A DNA stretch of 64,000 nucleotides from Halorutilales archaeon Cl-col2-1 (GTDB lineage: Archaea; Halobacteriota; Halobacteria; Halobacteriales; Afararchaeaceae), in NCBI GenBank assembly GCA_041891055.1, contig CP169074.1:160001-224000 (forward strand). The letters run 5' to 3'. Position 1 is the first letter of the stretch; each line of letters starts with the position of its first letter. The position numbers and the translations under genes are program-made. The notes beneath the pieces are model-generated. The model did no database searches. It saw only the letters and a list, made by a program, of their open reading frames with translations, and was not told the DNA's origin. Shown one piece after another: positions 28,029 to 37,549 of the stretch.

Positions 28029-29785
28029 TGAGAGAGGAAGTCAGGAAGGTCACCCTCGGTGACGAGGACGCAGACCTTGTACTCAGAGGCGGCACCGTAG
28101 TCTCGACGCCTGACAGGGAGACACGAGAAGTCGACGTCGCGGTCAAGAACGGACGTGTAGCTTCTCTCAGAGACGACGCGACCGACGTCGTAGGCGATGA
28201 GACCGAGGTCATCGATGTCTCGGGTAAGTACGTCTCCCCGGGCTTCATAGACGTACACACACATCTCGATCTCCACCAGAACGTCGAGAAGTCGTACCAC
28301 AGAGCCTTAGAGGGCGGCACTACCGCGGCTGTCTCCGAGGTCGCCGCTCTGGGTCCGACCTTCGGCTCTGAGGGGGTCGAGGAGTTCCTGAAGGCGACCT
28401 CAGGAATAGAGTTCGACGTCTACGCGACTGTGCCGCCACAGCCTCTCTTCGACGCATTCGAGCCGCGGCGTGCCGACAACGACGAGGCTGAGAGACTCGT
28501 CGATCTTCTCTCACATCCGCGTGTCGTGGGGGTCGGAGAGACGTCTTGGATACGCTTAGTCGGACGTGACACGCCCGCCGAGATCCTCTATGAAGCCGCG
28601 AAAGAAGAACGAAAACGCGTCACGGGACACGGAGCCGGCTGTTCCGACGAGAACTACGAGGCGTTCGCGTCGGTCATAGACGACGACCACGAGGCTATCT
28701 CGGGAGACGGACTCCTCGAACGCGTCGAGAACGGCGTCCACGCTGTCGGACGGTACGGCTCTATACGTGACGACATCCGCGCCGTCGGGGACGCCTACGA
28801 CGAGGTCGGCTTCAGCCCCGAGATATCGCTCTCGACCGACGGGATGTGGCCTCGGGAGCTAGTCGACGAGGGCTACATGGACGTCGTCGTGAGGAAGGCG
28901 ATAGAAGAAGGGGTCGATCCCATAGACGCGGTAAGTATGGCGACGTATGTCCCCGCGCGTTACTACGGTCTCGAAGACGTTGGAAGTCTGACCCCCGGAA
29001 AGACTGCGAATATCGCGGTTCTCGACAGCCTTGAGGAGGTCGAAGTATCGACAGTTCTCTACGAGGGCGAGGTGGTATACGACTCCGAGTCAGGGAAGGC
29101 TCCGTCCCCGGAAGACGGAGACAGAGAAGGACACGACTACCCCGACCGCTTCTACGACTACATAGACGTCACGACCGACGTAGACGACCTGAGAGTCGAC
29201 TCGGATGTCGCTGTCGACGGAGAGGTACGTGGAATAGAGTACTCGGGAGGTCTCCTGTCGGGAGAGACGGCTGTCGAGCCGCGCGAGGAAGACGGCGAGT
29301 TACTCTCCGATCCCGAGAACGATGTTCTCAAGATATCTCTCTTAGACAGACATCCCGACTCCGACGGCACCGGATTCACGGGGTTTGTCACGGGATTCGG
29401 CATAGATGAGGGGGCGGTCGCGACTACACTCACGTGGGAGACGCCGGGCGTCCTAGCCGTAGGAGCCGACGACGATGAGACCGTGAGGGCGGTCGAGAGG
29501 ATAAACGAGATCAACGGAGGCTGGGCAGTCGTACGTGACGGCGAGGTGATCGCGGAGCTTCCGGCTAAGCTGGGAGGGGTCTGTTCCGACATGAGGGTTG
29601 AGGAGACCGCGAGACTTTACGACGAGGTTGAGGACGCGATAGAGTGCCTCGGTAGCGATGTCGACCGTCCTATGCTCGGACTCCAGACGCTCGCCTTCTT
29701 CGGGGTTCCGTCTCTCAAGATGTCTTTCTCGGGATACGCAGACGTCCTATCGCGTGAGGTCGTGGGTCTCAATCTCGACGGGTAG
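28025..29785 (+). CDS. ade: adenine deaminase (amidohydrolase)
   Basis: PGFIDVHTH, GH, DHE and STDG motifs; C-terminal adenine deaminase domain. Confidence 0.88.
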   Translation: MMREEVRKVTLGDEDADLVLRGGTVVSTPDRETREVDVAVKNGRVASLRDDATDVVGDETEVIDVSGKYVSPGFIDVHTHLDLHQNVEKSYHRALEGGTTAAVSEVAALGPTFGSEGVEEFLKATSGIEFDVYATVPPQPLFDAFEPRRADNDEAERLVDLLSHPRVVGVGETSWIRLVGRDTPAEILYEAAKEERKRVTGHGAGCSDENYEAFASVIDDDHEAISGDGLLERVENGVHAVGRYGSIRDDIRAVGDAYDEVGFSPEISLSTDGMWPRELVDEGYMDVVVRKAIEEGVDPIDAVSMATYVPARYYGLEDVGSLTPGKTANIAVLDSLEEVEVSTVLYEGEVVYDSESGKAPSPEDGDREGHDYPDRFYDYIDVTTDVDDLRVDSDVAVDGEVRGIEYSGGLLSGETAVEPREEDGELLSDPENDVLKISLLDRHPDSDGTGFTGFVTGFGIDEGAVATTLTWETPGVLAVGADDDETVRAVERINEINGGWAVVRDGEVIAELPAKLGGVCSDMRVEETARLYDEVEDAIECLGSDVDRPMLGLQTLAFFGVPSLKMSFSGYADVLSREVVGLNLDG

Positions 29786-29856
29786 AGTAACACTCCGAAA
29801 CGTCGGCTTCCTGATATGTAAGCTTAAGAGTACCGAGGAACTAACCAAGCTAAGTA

Positions 29857-30327
29857 ATGAAGCCCAAGAAGGTTCTCACGGTTGCAGTCCTCGTTCTGGG
29901 CATCTCAGTTGCCTACTACTCGATGAACGCGGCTCCGGTAGCGAGCGACCAGACCTACTCTTACCATGGGGGTACAGCGTGGCACTCTAACTACACCGAA
30001 GCTACACAGATAGCACAGGAGGAAGACAAGCCGATGTTACTCTACTTCTGGGCTACGTGGTGTACCTACTGTGAGGACTACAACCAGAAGGTGTATACCG
30101 ACGAGGAGGTGCGTGATGAACTCGACGACTACGTCTTAGTGGGGGTCAACATGGACAGGAACGATGAGGTCACGGAACGTCTCAAACGTGAGTACGACGC
30201 CAACTACCCGCCACAGCACGTCGTACTGAGTCCCGAGGGCGAGGTCGTGAGGGAGATAAACGGATACGCCGACAAGGAGACATTCCTGAATATACTCGAA
30301 GCCTCACAGGCGAAGGGGGGTGTCTGA
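29857..30327 (+). CDS. membrane-anchored thioredoxin-fold protein (CcmG-like role)
   Basis: N-terminal TM, WATWCTYC and cis-Pro YPP; directly upstream of ccmF. Confidence 0.85.
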   Translation: MKPKKVLTVAVLVLGISVAYYSMNAAPVASDQTYSYHGGTAWHSNYTEATQIAQEEDKPMLLYFWATWCTYCEDYNQKVYTDEEVRDELDDYVLVGVNMDRNDEVTERLKREYDANYPPQHVVLSPEGEVVREINGYADKETFLNILEASQAKGGV

Positions 30328-32704
30328 TATGGAGACAGGGAACATACTCATAATCGCGTCCGCAGTCGCGGGTCTTGTGGCGACTCTCCTCCTCGTCTAT
30401 GACTACGTGCGTGATACCGACAGGTTCACACGTGCCGTCTCGGCTCTGATACCCGTGGCGTCGCTGGGTCTAGTCTCGTCTCTCGTCTACCTCACCTACC
30501 AGTTCGTAGTCGGAGACTACACCAACGCCTACGTATTCGAGAACTCCGCCGACTACCTGCCACTTCTCTACAAGATCACGGGAGTATACGCGTCGAACCA
30601 GGGATCTGTTCTCCTCTGGGGTGCTATCGCGTCGGTCGTAGCCGTCTGGGCACTCATCACACGTGGTCTACAGGGCAAACACAACAAGCTCGTACAGGCT
30701 ATCTCGGTCGGAATCGTGACCTACTTCGCGGGAATGCTCCTCACCGAGAGTCCGTTCTCACCCATATCCGAGGAGTTCCCCGACGCGCCTCAGGGCTTCG
30801 TTCCGCCTGACGGCAACGGTCTCAATCCTCTACTCATAGACCCGTTCATGGCTATACATCCTCCCCTGATGTTCATAGCCTACTCACTCCTCATAGTACC
30901 ATTCGGCATAGGGACGACACATTTCATCTCGAAGCTGAGGGGCGAGGAAGGTATCTTCGACGACTGGATGGGAAGCGTGATGAGATGGCTACGTGTGTCG
31001 TGGCTCTTTCTCACAGTAGCTATAGCCCTCGGAGGCGTCTGGTCGTACCGCGTACTCGGATGGGGTGGCTTCTGGGCATGGGATCCAGTCGAGACGGCTA
31101 TACTCGTGCCGTGGCTCTTCCTGACCGCGTCGGTACATTCGGTGACTAACTACCGAGGCGGGACGGAGTACAGCATTCTCGCACCTGCGTCGATAGCCGT
31201 CGGCTTCCCTCTCACGGTCTACACCACATCCGTCGTGAGAAGCGACGTCTTCAGGAGCGTCCACTCGTTCGCGTCGGGTGGCATAGGAACGTCGATCCTT
31301 ATCCTACTCGGTATCAGCACCTTCCTCGGAGTCGTCCTACCCGCTGGATACTGGTTCATGAAGGATGGCGAGCCGAACGGTGGCGGGGAAACAGGATGGA
31401 TAACCAGGTCGAACCTCCTCCATGCGGGTGTTCTCCTACTCGGACTCCTGACTTTCGTCTCTTTCTGGGGACTCTCATTTCCTCTGATAAGGAACACAGC
31501 AACCGGAGTCGAGGTCAGCGTTGAGAACAACTACTACAATCTCTGGAGCTACCCTCTCGTCGTAGCCACGGTTCTGTTATCGGGTTTCTACATGGACTAC
31601 GACGTCGAAGGGAAGAAGAAGAGCCTGATGGGTCTGGGTCTCTTCTCGGTCGCCACGGTCGCCGCGGCGTTTATATCGCCGTCGGCGGAGTGGCACCTAG
31701 CTGAGACCGCCGCGAGCGACCAGATAGCCTACCGCGTGATAGGCAGTGTGAGCGTCCTCTCAGCCGTGCCTCCCGCGGTCTACCTCTCGATGTCGGTCGT
31801 CAAACGTCTCTACTCAAGAGTCTCGACGTCGGCGGGACGTAACCGGAAGCTCAAGGAGACGGGGATTACGGTGATACATGTCGGAGTCGCAGTTCTCCTC
31901 GTCTCTATCTCTTTCACGTATCTCTTCACAGTCCAGTCGTCGGTTATAGTAGACGATGTTAACAACGTCGGGGATGAAGGAGAGATGTACAACGTCCCCG
32001 ACTCCGATTACTCGATAAACGTCCTCGGCTACGAGGAGACGCGCGAGCCGTCGATAGACGAGGCGGTGTCTTCTCCTCAGGAGGTTCTGTCGGCTTCGGG
32101 CAACATAACCACGGTCTCGGGGAGTATTACGGAAACCCGGGAGACAGGCAACCTCTCGATGGGACGTCTCGACGGGAGTAACGTCTGGGTAGCGATGAGG
32201 TCGCAGGGAGTCATACGTGAAGGCGACGAGGCAATAGCTCAGGGAAGGATTCTGAGGGACATACTGCCACAAGTCGAGGCGGTCGTATTCACGAGTGCCG
32301 ACAGCTATGGAACCATGGCGAATCCCCCTGAGGGAATCGCACAGCCACGTGTGAGGTCTAACGTCGTGAACCTCGAAGTCTATGAGAACGGTGAGTTCGT
32401 GACAGCCGGAGACGTGAGTCAGAACAGCTATACGAGGACGAGGATGACCACGAATCAGGTTCTGATTGACAGGGGTCTCACGAAGGACATCTATGTCATA
32501 GGCTCTATCGACGACGGCTCGGCGTCTATCACTGTCAAGACTATTCCCCTGACGAACCAGGTCTGGTTCGGCGTGGGTCTCCTCCTCTTAGGGATGTCGC
32601 TCGTCGTAGTCTTCGACCCGAGACACGGCTTGATTCCAGCGTTTAGAAGGAGGAAAGACAAGACCCCGAGCGGGGACAAGAAGGCACGTGCTACCGACGA
32701 CTGA
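30320..32704 (+). CDS. ccmF: cytochrome c heme lyase CcmF
   Basis: GLNPLL, IHPP, WGGFWAWDPVE (WWD domain), SVHS, SVHSF and IHVG conserved His motifs; many TM segments. Confidence 0.92.
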   Translation: MSDMETGNILIIASAVAGLVATLLLVYDYVRDTDRFTRAVSALIPVASLGLVSSLVYLTYQFVVGDYTNAYVFENSADYLPLLYKITGVYASNQGSVLLWGAIASVVAVWALITRGLQGKHNKLVQAISVGIVTYFAGMLLTESPFSPISEEFPDAPQGFVPPDGNGLNPLLIDPFMAIHPPLMFIAYSLLIVPFGIGTTHFISKLRGEEGIFDDWMGSVMRWLRVSWLFLTVAIALGGVWSYRVLGWGGFWAWDPVETAILVPWLFLTASVHSVTNYRGGTEYSILAPASIAVGFPLTVYTTSVVRSDVFRSVHSFASGGIGTSILILLGISTFLGVVLPAGYWFMKDGEPNGGGETGWITRSNLLHAGVLLLGLLTFVSFWGLSFPLIRNTATGVEVSVENNYYNLWSYPLVVATVLLSGFYMDYDVEGKKKSLMGLGLFSVATVAAAFISPSAEWHLAETAASDQIAYRVIGSVSVLSAVPPAVYLSMSVVKRLYSRVSTSAGRNRKLKETGITVIHVGVAVLLVSISFTYLFTVQSSVIVDDVNNVGDEGEMYNVPDSDYSINVLGYEETREPSIDEAVSSPQEVLSASGNITTVSGSITETRETGNLSMGRLDGSNVWVAMRSQGVIREGDEAIAQGRILRDILPQVEAVVFTSADSYGTMANPPEGIAQPRVRSNVVNLEVYENGEFVTAGDVSQNSYTRTRMTTNQVLIDRGLTKDIYVIGSIDDGSASITVKTIPLTNQVWFGVGLLLLGMSLVVVFDPRHGLIPAFRRRKDKTPSGDKKARATDD

Positions 32705-32754
32705 CAGCTACGGCTGGACTAGACTGATAGAATAGAGTCGAATCGGGCTTTTCC

Positions 32755-33435
32755 TCACTCCTCTAAGACGTAGCCGAAGGTCATCAAGCCCGCTAGGAAG
32801 ACTATTCCGTCGTAGGCGGCGAGAGTTCTTAGCCATCCGGCGTAGCTTCCACCTTCTGTGACTACCCTTGTGAGCTCTATTCCCGAGAGGAGTACGGGTA
32901 TCATCAGAGGTATCAGAAGTATCGGTAGAACTGTCTCACTCAGGTTCGACTTCGAGCTGAGTATCGACATCAGGACACCCACCGACGAGAAGCCGAGAGA
33001 TGCGACGACTACGACCCCGATGACGAGAGGTGACTCGGCGATCCCTATGGGGTAGTCGAGAAATATAGTCACGAGTACGAGAGACAGGCTTCCTACGAGG
33101 CTCACGAAGAGCGATGTACTCAGAACCTTACCGACGTAGATTGCCGACCTGTCTACCGGGACGAGCATCAGACCCTCTATCGCCGAGTCGGACTCCTCGA
33201 CTGACGCCGAACGCGTCATTCCGACGGTTCCCGAGAAGACGAATGCGATCCAGAGCGCGCCTCTTCCGACGCCTCCGAGGTTCTCGAAACGTCTCACGAA
33301 CGCAAACGAGAAGACGACGACTATCAGCGACGCGAAGACGACAGACGAGTTTATAGTACTCTTGGTTCGTGACTCCAAGAGAACGTCCTTGCGTGCGACC
33401 TCGTAGACCACCCTCAAGAACTCTTTCGCGGTCAC
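32755..33435 (-). CDS. ccmB: heme exporter protein CcmB
   Basis: RKDVLLESR, IEGLML.P.DRSAIYVGK and LPILLIPL motifs; coupled to ccmA. Confidence 0.9.
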   Translation of the reverse strand: MTAKEFLRVVYEVARKDVLLESRTKSTINSSVVFASLIVVVFSFAFVRRFENLGGVGRGALWIAFVFSGTVGMTRSASVEESDSAIEGLMLVPVDRSAIYVGKVLSTSLFVSLVGSLSLVLVTIFLDYPIGIAESPLVIGVVVVASLGFSSVGVLMSILSSKSNLSETVLPILLIPLMIPVLLSGIELTRVVTEGGSYAGWLRTLAAYDGIVFLAGLMTFGYVLEE

Positions 33436-34145
33436 TCCAGACCCCCCTTCTGTATTCCGACTGACGAATGGTAGATCGACTCGAGCTCGTCTAAGCTGTC
33501 GAACTCCGACCTGTCGACGTCACGTTTCACCCTGCCCTGATCCAGAAACACGAGCCTGTCACAGTGGTTGTAGCCCTCTTCCAGGCTATGTGTGGTCATA
33601 ACCACTGTTCTGTCGGTGAAGTCGTCGAGTATTCCCCTCAGGGTCTCCGAAGATTTCTGGTCGAGTCCGGCGTAGGGCTCGTCTAATAGGAGTATCTCGG
33701 GGTCGTGGAGAAGAGCACGCGCGAGCGAGAGACGTTTTCTCATACCGTGGGAGAAGCCCGAGACTACGTCGCCCCCTCTCGACGACAGACCCACGTCCTC
33801 GAGCCTCCGTCGAACCTCGTCAGAGTCGACACCGTGGAGACGTGCGTGGAGACGCAGGTTCTCGCGTGCCGTGAATCCGTCGTAGAGCATTGAGTCGTGG
33901 GAGACGACACCGAGCCTGCTACGTATCTCGGGCTTGTCACCCCTGACCTCTTCGCCGTCTATGTAGACGCTCCCGTCTGTCGGCACCGAGAGCGTAGCTA
34001 CCATACGTAGAAGGCTCGTCTTTCCCGCACCGTTGGGACCGAAAAGCCCCACCGACTCGCCTTCCTCGATCCCGAGATCGACCTTGTGGACAGCCTCGAA
34101 CCTCCCGTACCTCTTCGTCACCTTGTCGATCTCTATCAGAGACAT
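33432..34145 (-). CDS. ccmA: heme ABC exporter ATPase CcmA
   Basis: GPNGAGKT, SHDSMLY, FSHGMRKR, LLLDEPYAGLD; adjacent to ccmB. Confidence 0.88.
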   Translation of the reverse strand: MSLIEIDKVTKRYGRFEAVHKVDLGIEEGESVGLFGPNGAGKTSLLRMVATLSVPTDGSVYIDGEEVRGDKPEIRSRLGVVSHDSMLYDGFTARENLRLHARLHGVDSDEVRRRLEDVGLSSRGGDVVSGFSHGMRKRLSLARALLHDPEILLLDEPYAGLDQKSSETLRGILDDFTDRTVVMTTHSLEEGYNHCDRLVFLDQGRVKRDVDRSEFDSLDELESIYHSSVGIQKGGLE

Positions 34146-34228
34146 CTATGTAGTGGTACTTCCGGAGATCCACACATAAGTGTGTCTCTGTCGGATAGTA
34201 TAAGTGATTAAGCCGCGTAGAGCCTCCG

Positions 34229-34909
34229 ATGGCTGCAACTCTACCCGGACTTACCGCGGTATTCGTTGCGGGTCTACTCACGGTTCTGACACCGTGCTGT
34301 ATTCCGATGATACCTCCACTCCTTTCGGGAAGCGTGGGACACCGTCTCCGTCCTGTTTCGATAGTCTCGGGGAGCGTGATCACGTTCACGGCACTCGGCG
34401 TAGCGAGCGGAACTCTGGGCTCTCTGAGTCCCGAGGCTCTACGTCTCCCGTCGATGGTTCTCATAATCGCGTTCGGTGCTGTGATGGCTGACGACGACTT
34501 CTATGCGGTCTACTCGAAGTACTCGTCACGTGTCTCGTCTTCGGCGTCACGTGCGGTCGACTCTTTCGACTCCGACGAGCATCCGCTCGCGTCGGCGTTT
34601 TTCCTCGGTCTCTTACTGGGAGCTATCTGGCTCCCGTGTGTCGGACCCGTCTTAGGAGCCGTACTCGCCTACGTCGGCACGACAGGCGACGTCGTAACTA
34701 GCGGATCGCTCCTCTTCGTCTACGGGGTCGGCTTCTCAGTACCGCTTCTGGGGATAGCCTACGGAGGCAAGACCGGAGGAAAGGCTCTCATGGAGAAACT
34801 CAGTCTCGAAAGGACTGAGAAGATACGTCAGGCGGCGGGCTACCTACTCATCGCCACGGGTGTCGGAATACTCTTCGAGGTCGACAGGCTACTGATGTCA
34901 GTCATGTGA
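34229..34909 (+). CDS. ccdA: cytochrome c biogenesis protein CcdA (DsbD beta domain)
   Basis: LTPCCIP and WLPCVGP motifs; about six TM segments. Confidence 0.9.
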   Translation: MAATLPGLTAVFVAGLLTVLTPCCIPMIPPLLSGSVGHRLRPVSIVSGSVITFTALGVASGTLGSLSPEALRLPSMVLIIAFGAVMADDDFYAVYSKYSSRVSSSASRAVDSFDSDEHPLASAFFLGLLLGAIWLPCVGPVLGAVLAYVGTTGDVVTSGSLLFVYGVGFSVPLLGIAYGGKTGGKALMEKLSLERTEKIRQAAGYLLIATGVGILFEVDRLLMSVM

Positions 34910-34964
34910 CGTCTCTTCGGAGTCCTTAAGTAGTTATGTTAGATACGACAGTTAGAGACAGAGA

Positions 34965-35711
34965 ATGGTATCGTCGTCATACATACTCAGCAGACTCGTG
35001 AGACTCACGAGGCTCGTGATGTGGAGCAGAGCCGTCAAGTGGGGTGCTCTGGTCGCAGGCGTGGCGTCGCTGGGTCTCGTTTTCGGCTACGCCTCGAAGA
35101 CGATGTACGGCATCGAACACGGGGTCAACCTGATCGCCTACTGGCACATAGCGATGGCATGGACAGCCGCGGTCGCTCTCTCGGTGACATTCGTGGGTAG
35201 CGTTCTCTACCTGCGTTACGGCGGGCGTTTCTGGAACAACCTAGCCCACTCGGCGGGAGAGATAGGCTTCATGTTCGCTACTCTGACACTTATCACGGGA
35301 AGTATCTGGGGACGTATAATCTGGAACTCGTGGTGGGAGTGGAGTGACGTACGTCTAGTGACCTTCCTCATAGTCTGGTTCATATACGCGGGATACCTCA
35401 TAGTCTACTCCGCGAGCGAGAAGAGGAGGGGAGGCGACGGGAAGTACGCCGCGGTCTACGGTATAGTCGGCTTCGTGACCGTCCCGATATCGTACATATC
35501 CACTTCGCTGTGGACTCCGACATTTCACGAGAAGACACTCCAGAACCCCGACGTGAGTGCCAACATAGACCCGACGACACTCATGGTCTCTCTCGTCGCG
35601 GTGAGCCTCCTGTATGCCTACCTCATGACGGTACGTATAGACATACATGAGCTTGAGGACAGGGTCATACTCGAAAGAGAAACGAAGAAGGTAAGATCAG
35701 ACACGAGGTAG
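34965..35711 (+). CDS. ccmC: heme exporter CcmC
   Basis: YWH, TGSIWG..WNSWWEWSDVRL WWD domain, second His in TFH. Confidence 0.9.
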   Translation: MVSSSYILSRLVRLTRLVMWSRAVKWGALVAGVASLGLVFGYASKTMYGIEHGVNLIAYWHIAMAWTAAVALSVTFVGSVLYLRYGGRFWNNLAHSAGEIGFMFATLTLITGSIWGRIIWNSWWEWSDVRLVTFLIVWFIYAGYLIVYSASEKRRGGDGKYAAVYGIVGFVTVPISYISTSLWTPTFHEKTLQNPDVSANIDPTTLMVSLVAVSLLYAYLMTVRIDIHELEDRVILERETKKVRSDTR

Positions 35712-35718
35712 ATAAAGT

Positions 35719-35844
35719 ATGGAGCCACTTCTACTAGTCGGATACAGCCTAATCTTCATAGGCATATTCATTTACACCCTCTTCATGAGGAGACGCATAA
35801 AACGTCTGGAGCAGAGAGTCGCCGACCTACGTGACGACTCTTAG
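35719..35844 (+). CDS. ccmD: CcmD-like small membrane protein (41 aa)
   Basis: MEPLLLVGYSLIFIGIFIYTLFMRRRIKRLEQRVADLRDDS*: one TM with Tyr, then a basic coiled tail, 7 nt after ccmC. Missing from the ORF track. Confidence 0.75.
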   Translation: MEPLLLVGYSLIFIGIFIYTLFMRRRIKRLEQRVADLRDDS

Positions 35845-35847
35845 GTG

Positions 35848-36141
35848 TTAGCTGTCGGGGACTAAGCTGTACATCACAAAGAGGAATCCGACCGTTGTAA
35901 TCAGATTATTGACGGTTAGGAGCGACTGTGTGCGTGAGAAGTCGACGAGAAAAGCACTCACAGCCGTTCCGATCGAGGCAGCCACGATGAGTACGAAGCC
36001 GACTGACAGGTATACCATATCCGTCCTCTGTGTTCTCATATGAGCACGTACCGAGACGGCTACGAGGGACATACCCGCGGCTGCGACGGTGAAGCTGAAG
36101 ACCGCGTATAGCATCTCCAGTGTCTGCATCTTTAAGCTCAT
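35848..36141 (-). CDS. small 3-TM membrane protein (DUF7521-like)
   Basis: Three TM segments, YLSVGF and YSL motifs; downstream of the wHTH gene. Confidence 0.75.
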   Translation of the reverse strand: MSLKMQTLEMLYAVFSFTVAAAGMSLVAVSVRAHMRTQRTDMVYLSVGFVLIVAASIGTAVSAFLVDFSRTQSLLTVNNLITTVGFLFVMYSLVPDS

Positions 36142-36193
36142 ATTATACGTGTCTTCTACGCAAGAAAACCCTGTCGATAGTTAAAAGTCTGAC

Positions 36194-36224
36194 CTCCCGG
36201 TTATCAGATGAGATAACTCGGGAG
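36194..36224. promoter_or_regulatory. imperfect inverted repeat (operator or terminator)
   Basis: CTCCCG-GTTATC-agatga-GATAAC-t-CGGGAG between the wHTH stop and the TATA of the next gene. Confidence 0.45.
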
Positions 36225-36229
36225 TGGTG

Positions 36230-36577
36230 TCACTGACGTTTGAGGTCGTCCCAGATGTCGACTAGCTTCTCCTCTGAGTCGGTTATCTCGTCCATCTCGA
36301 TCCTCGGGGTTCCGTTCCCCTCAAAGAGTATACGTATCTCGTTGACCTGTGTCCTGTAGACCTTAGTACGCCTTCCCTCGTCGGAGAGTACCTTGTCTTC
36401 GAGTTCGAGAAGACCTGTGTCCTGTAGCTCCTCTATCCTGCGGTAACACGTGGCTATGGGTATGTCGAGTTCGTCGCTGAGCTCCTGGGCGGACTTGGGT
36501 CTGCGTGCGGAGTCGAGAATCTCGGGGTTGTACTTGTTCCCGAGAGTCTCCAGAACCTCAGACTCAGACGAGTCCAT
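36230..36577 (-). CDS. winged-helix (ArsR-like) transcription regulator
   Basis: PKSAQELSDELDIPIATCYRRIEEL HTH and EGRRTKVY wing. Confidence 0.9.
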   Translation of the reverse strand: MDSSESEVLETLGNKYNPEILDSARRPKSAQELSDELDIPIATCYRRIEELQDTGLLELEDKVLSDEGRRTKVYRTQVNEIRILFEGNGTPRIEMDEITDSEEKLVDIWDDLKRQ

Positions 36578-36614
36578 TGGGTTTAGATACGTCCATATAT
36601 TTAAAACCGTGTTG

Positions 36615-36932
36615 CTATTTGTCCTCTCCGTCTCCGTAGGGGTACCTCGTCGTCTCGGAGCAGTTCTGACACGTCACAGCCACACGTCCGTCGTCGACAC
36701 GCACACGTGAGTTGTCGCCGTAGACGAGGAAGCTTCCGCAGCCGGAACACACACGTCTCTTGAGTCTCCGTGGAAGTGAGACACGCGCCTTCATACCTAT
36801 CTCACGCGCCCTCTTGGCGTACTTATCGGCGTACTCGCTCGCCTCGTCGCAGTCGGAGTGGTAGATTTCGTCGGCGAGTCGAAAGAGCCGACGTATTCTT
36901 TCCTCTGCGATTTCCTCTTCCGTCTTTGTCAC
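36615..36932 (-). CDS. rnp4: RNase P protein component 4 (Rpp21)
   Basis: IAEERIRRL, KRRVCSGC, CQNC..RYPY; GTG start 36932. Confidence 0.92.
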   Translation of the reverse strand: MTKTEEEIAEERIRRLFRLADEIYHSDCDEASEYADKYAKRAREIGMKARVSLPRRLKRRVCSGCGSFLVYGDNSRVRVDDGRVAVTCQNCSETTRYPYGDGEDK

Positions 36933-36987
36933 GTAGGAATCTAATGTCGCGGGAGTTATATCTGTAGCGGGACAGTTCGAATGTAGT

Positions 36988-37524
36988 ATGCTCTTCGTAA
37001 CCGGCAACGAGGGGAAGGCGAGAGAGGCACAGGAGATACTCGGCGACGAAGTAGAAGTCGACAGGCTAGAGTACGACTACGCCGAGATACAGTCGGACTC
37101 CCTAGAGGAGATCGCTGTGAGAGGGGTCAAGGAGTGTTACGACGAGTTCGGTGAGGAGGTCTTCGTCGACGACTCGGGTCTCTTCGTAGAAGGTCTCGGA
37201 GGCTTCCCCGGACCTTACTCGTCGTACGTCTACTCGACACTCGGGAACGACGGAGTCCTGAAGGCGGTGGAGTCAGCAGAAGACAGGTCGGCGAGTTTTA
37301 GATGTGTGGTCGCCTACACCGACGGAGACGAAGTACGTACCTTCGAAGGACGTGTCGAGGGACGTATAACCCACGAGAAACGCGGAGACGGCGGCTTCGG
37401 ATTCGACCCGATATTCGAACACGACGCCAAGACCTTTGCCGAGATGTCGTCCGAGGAGAAGAACGAGGTCTCCCACCGCAGGAGGGCGTTCGAGAGGCTC
37501 GCTGACTGGTACCGCCAAGCTTAA
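36988..37524 (+). CDS. non-canonical purine NTP pyrophosphatase (Ham1/RdgB)
   Basis: TGNEGK, DDSGL, FPGPYS, GFGFDPIF and SHR motifs. Confidence 0.96.
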   Translation: MLFVTGNEGKAREAQEILGDEVEVDRLEYDYAEIQSDSLEEIAVRGVKECYDEFGEEVFVDDSGLFVEGLGGFPGPYSSYVYSTLGNDGVLKAVESAEDRSASFRCVVAYTDGDEVRTFEGRVEGRITHEKRGDGGFGFDPIFEHDAKTFAEMSSEEKNEVSHRRRAFERLADWYRQA

Positions 37525-37549
37525 AGCCCGAGAACGGCTCTCTTGAAAC

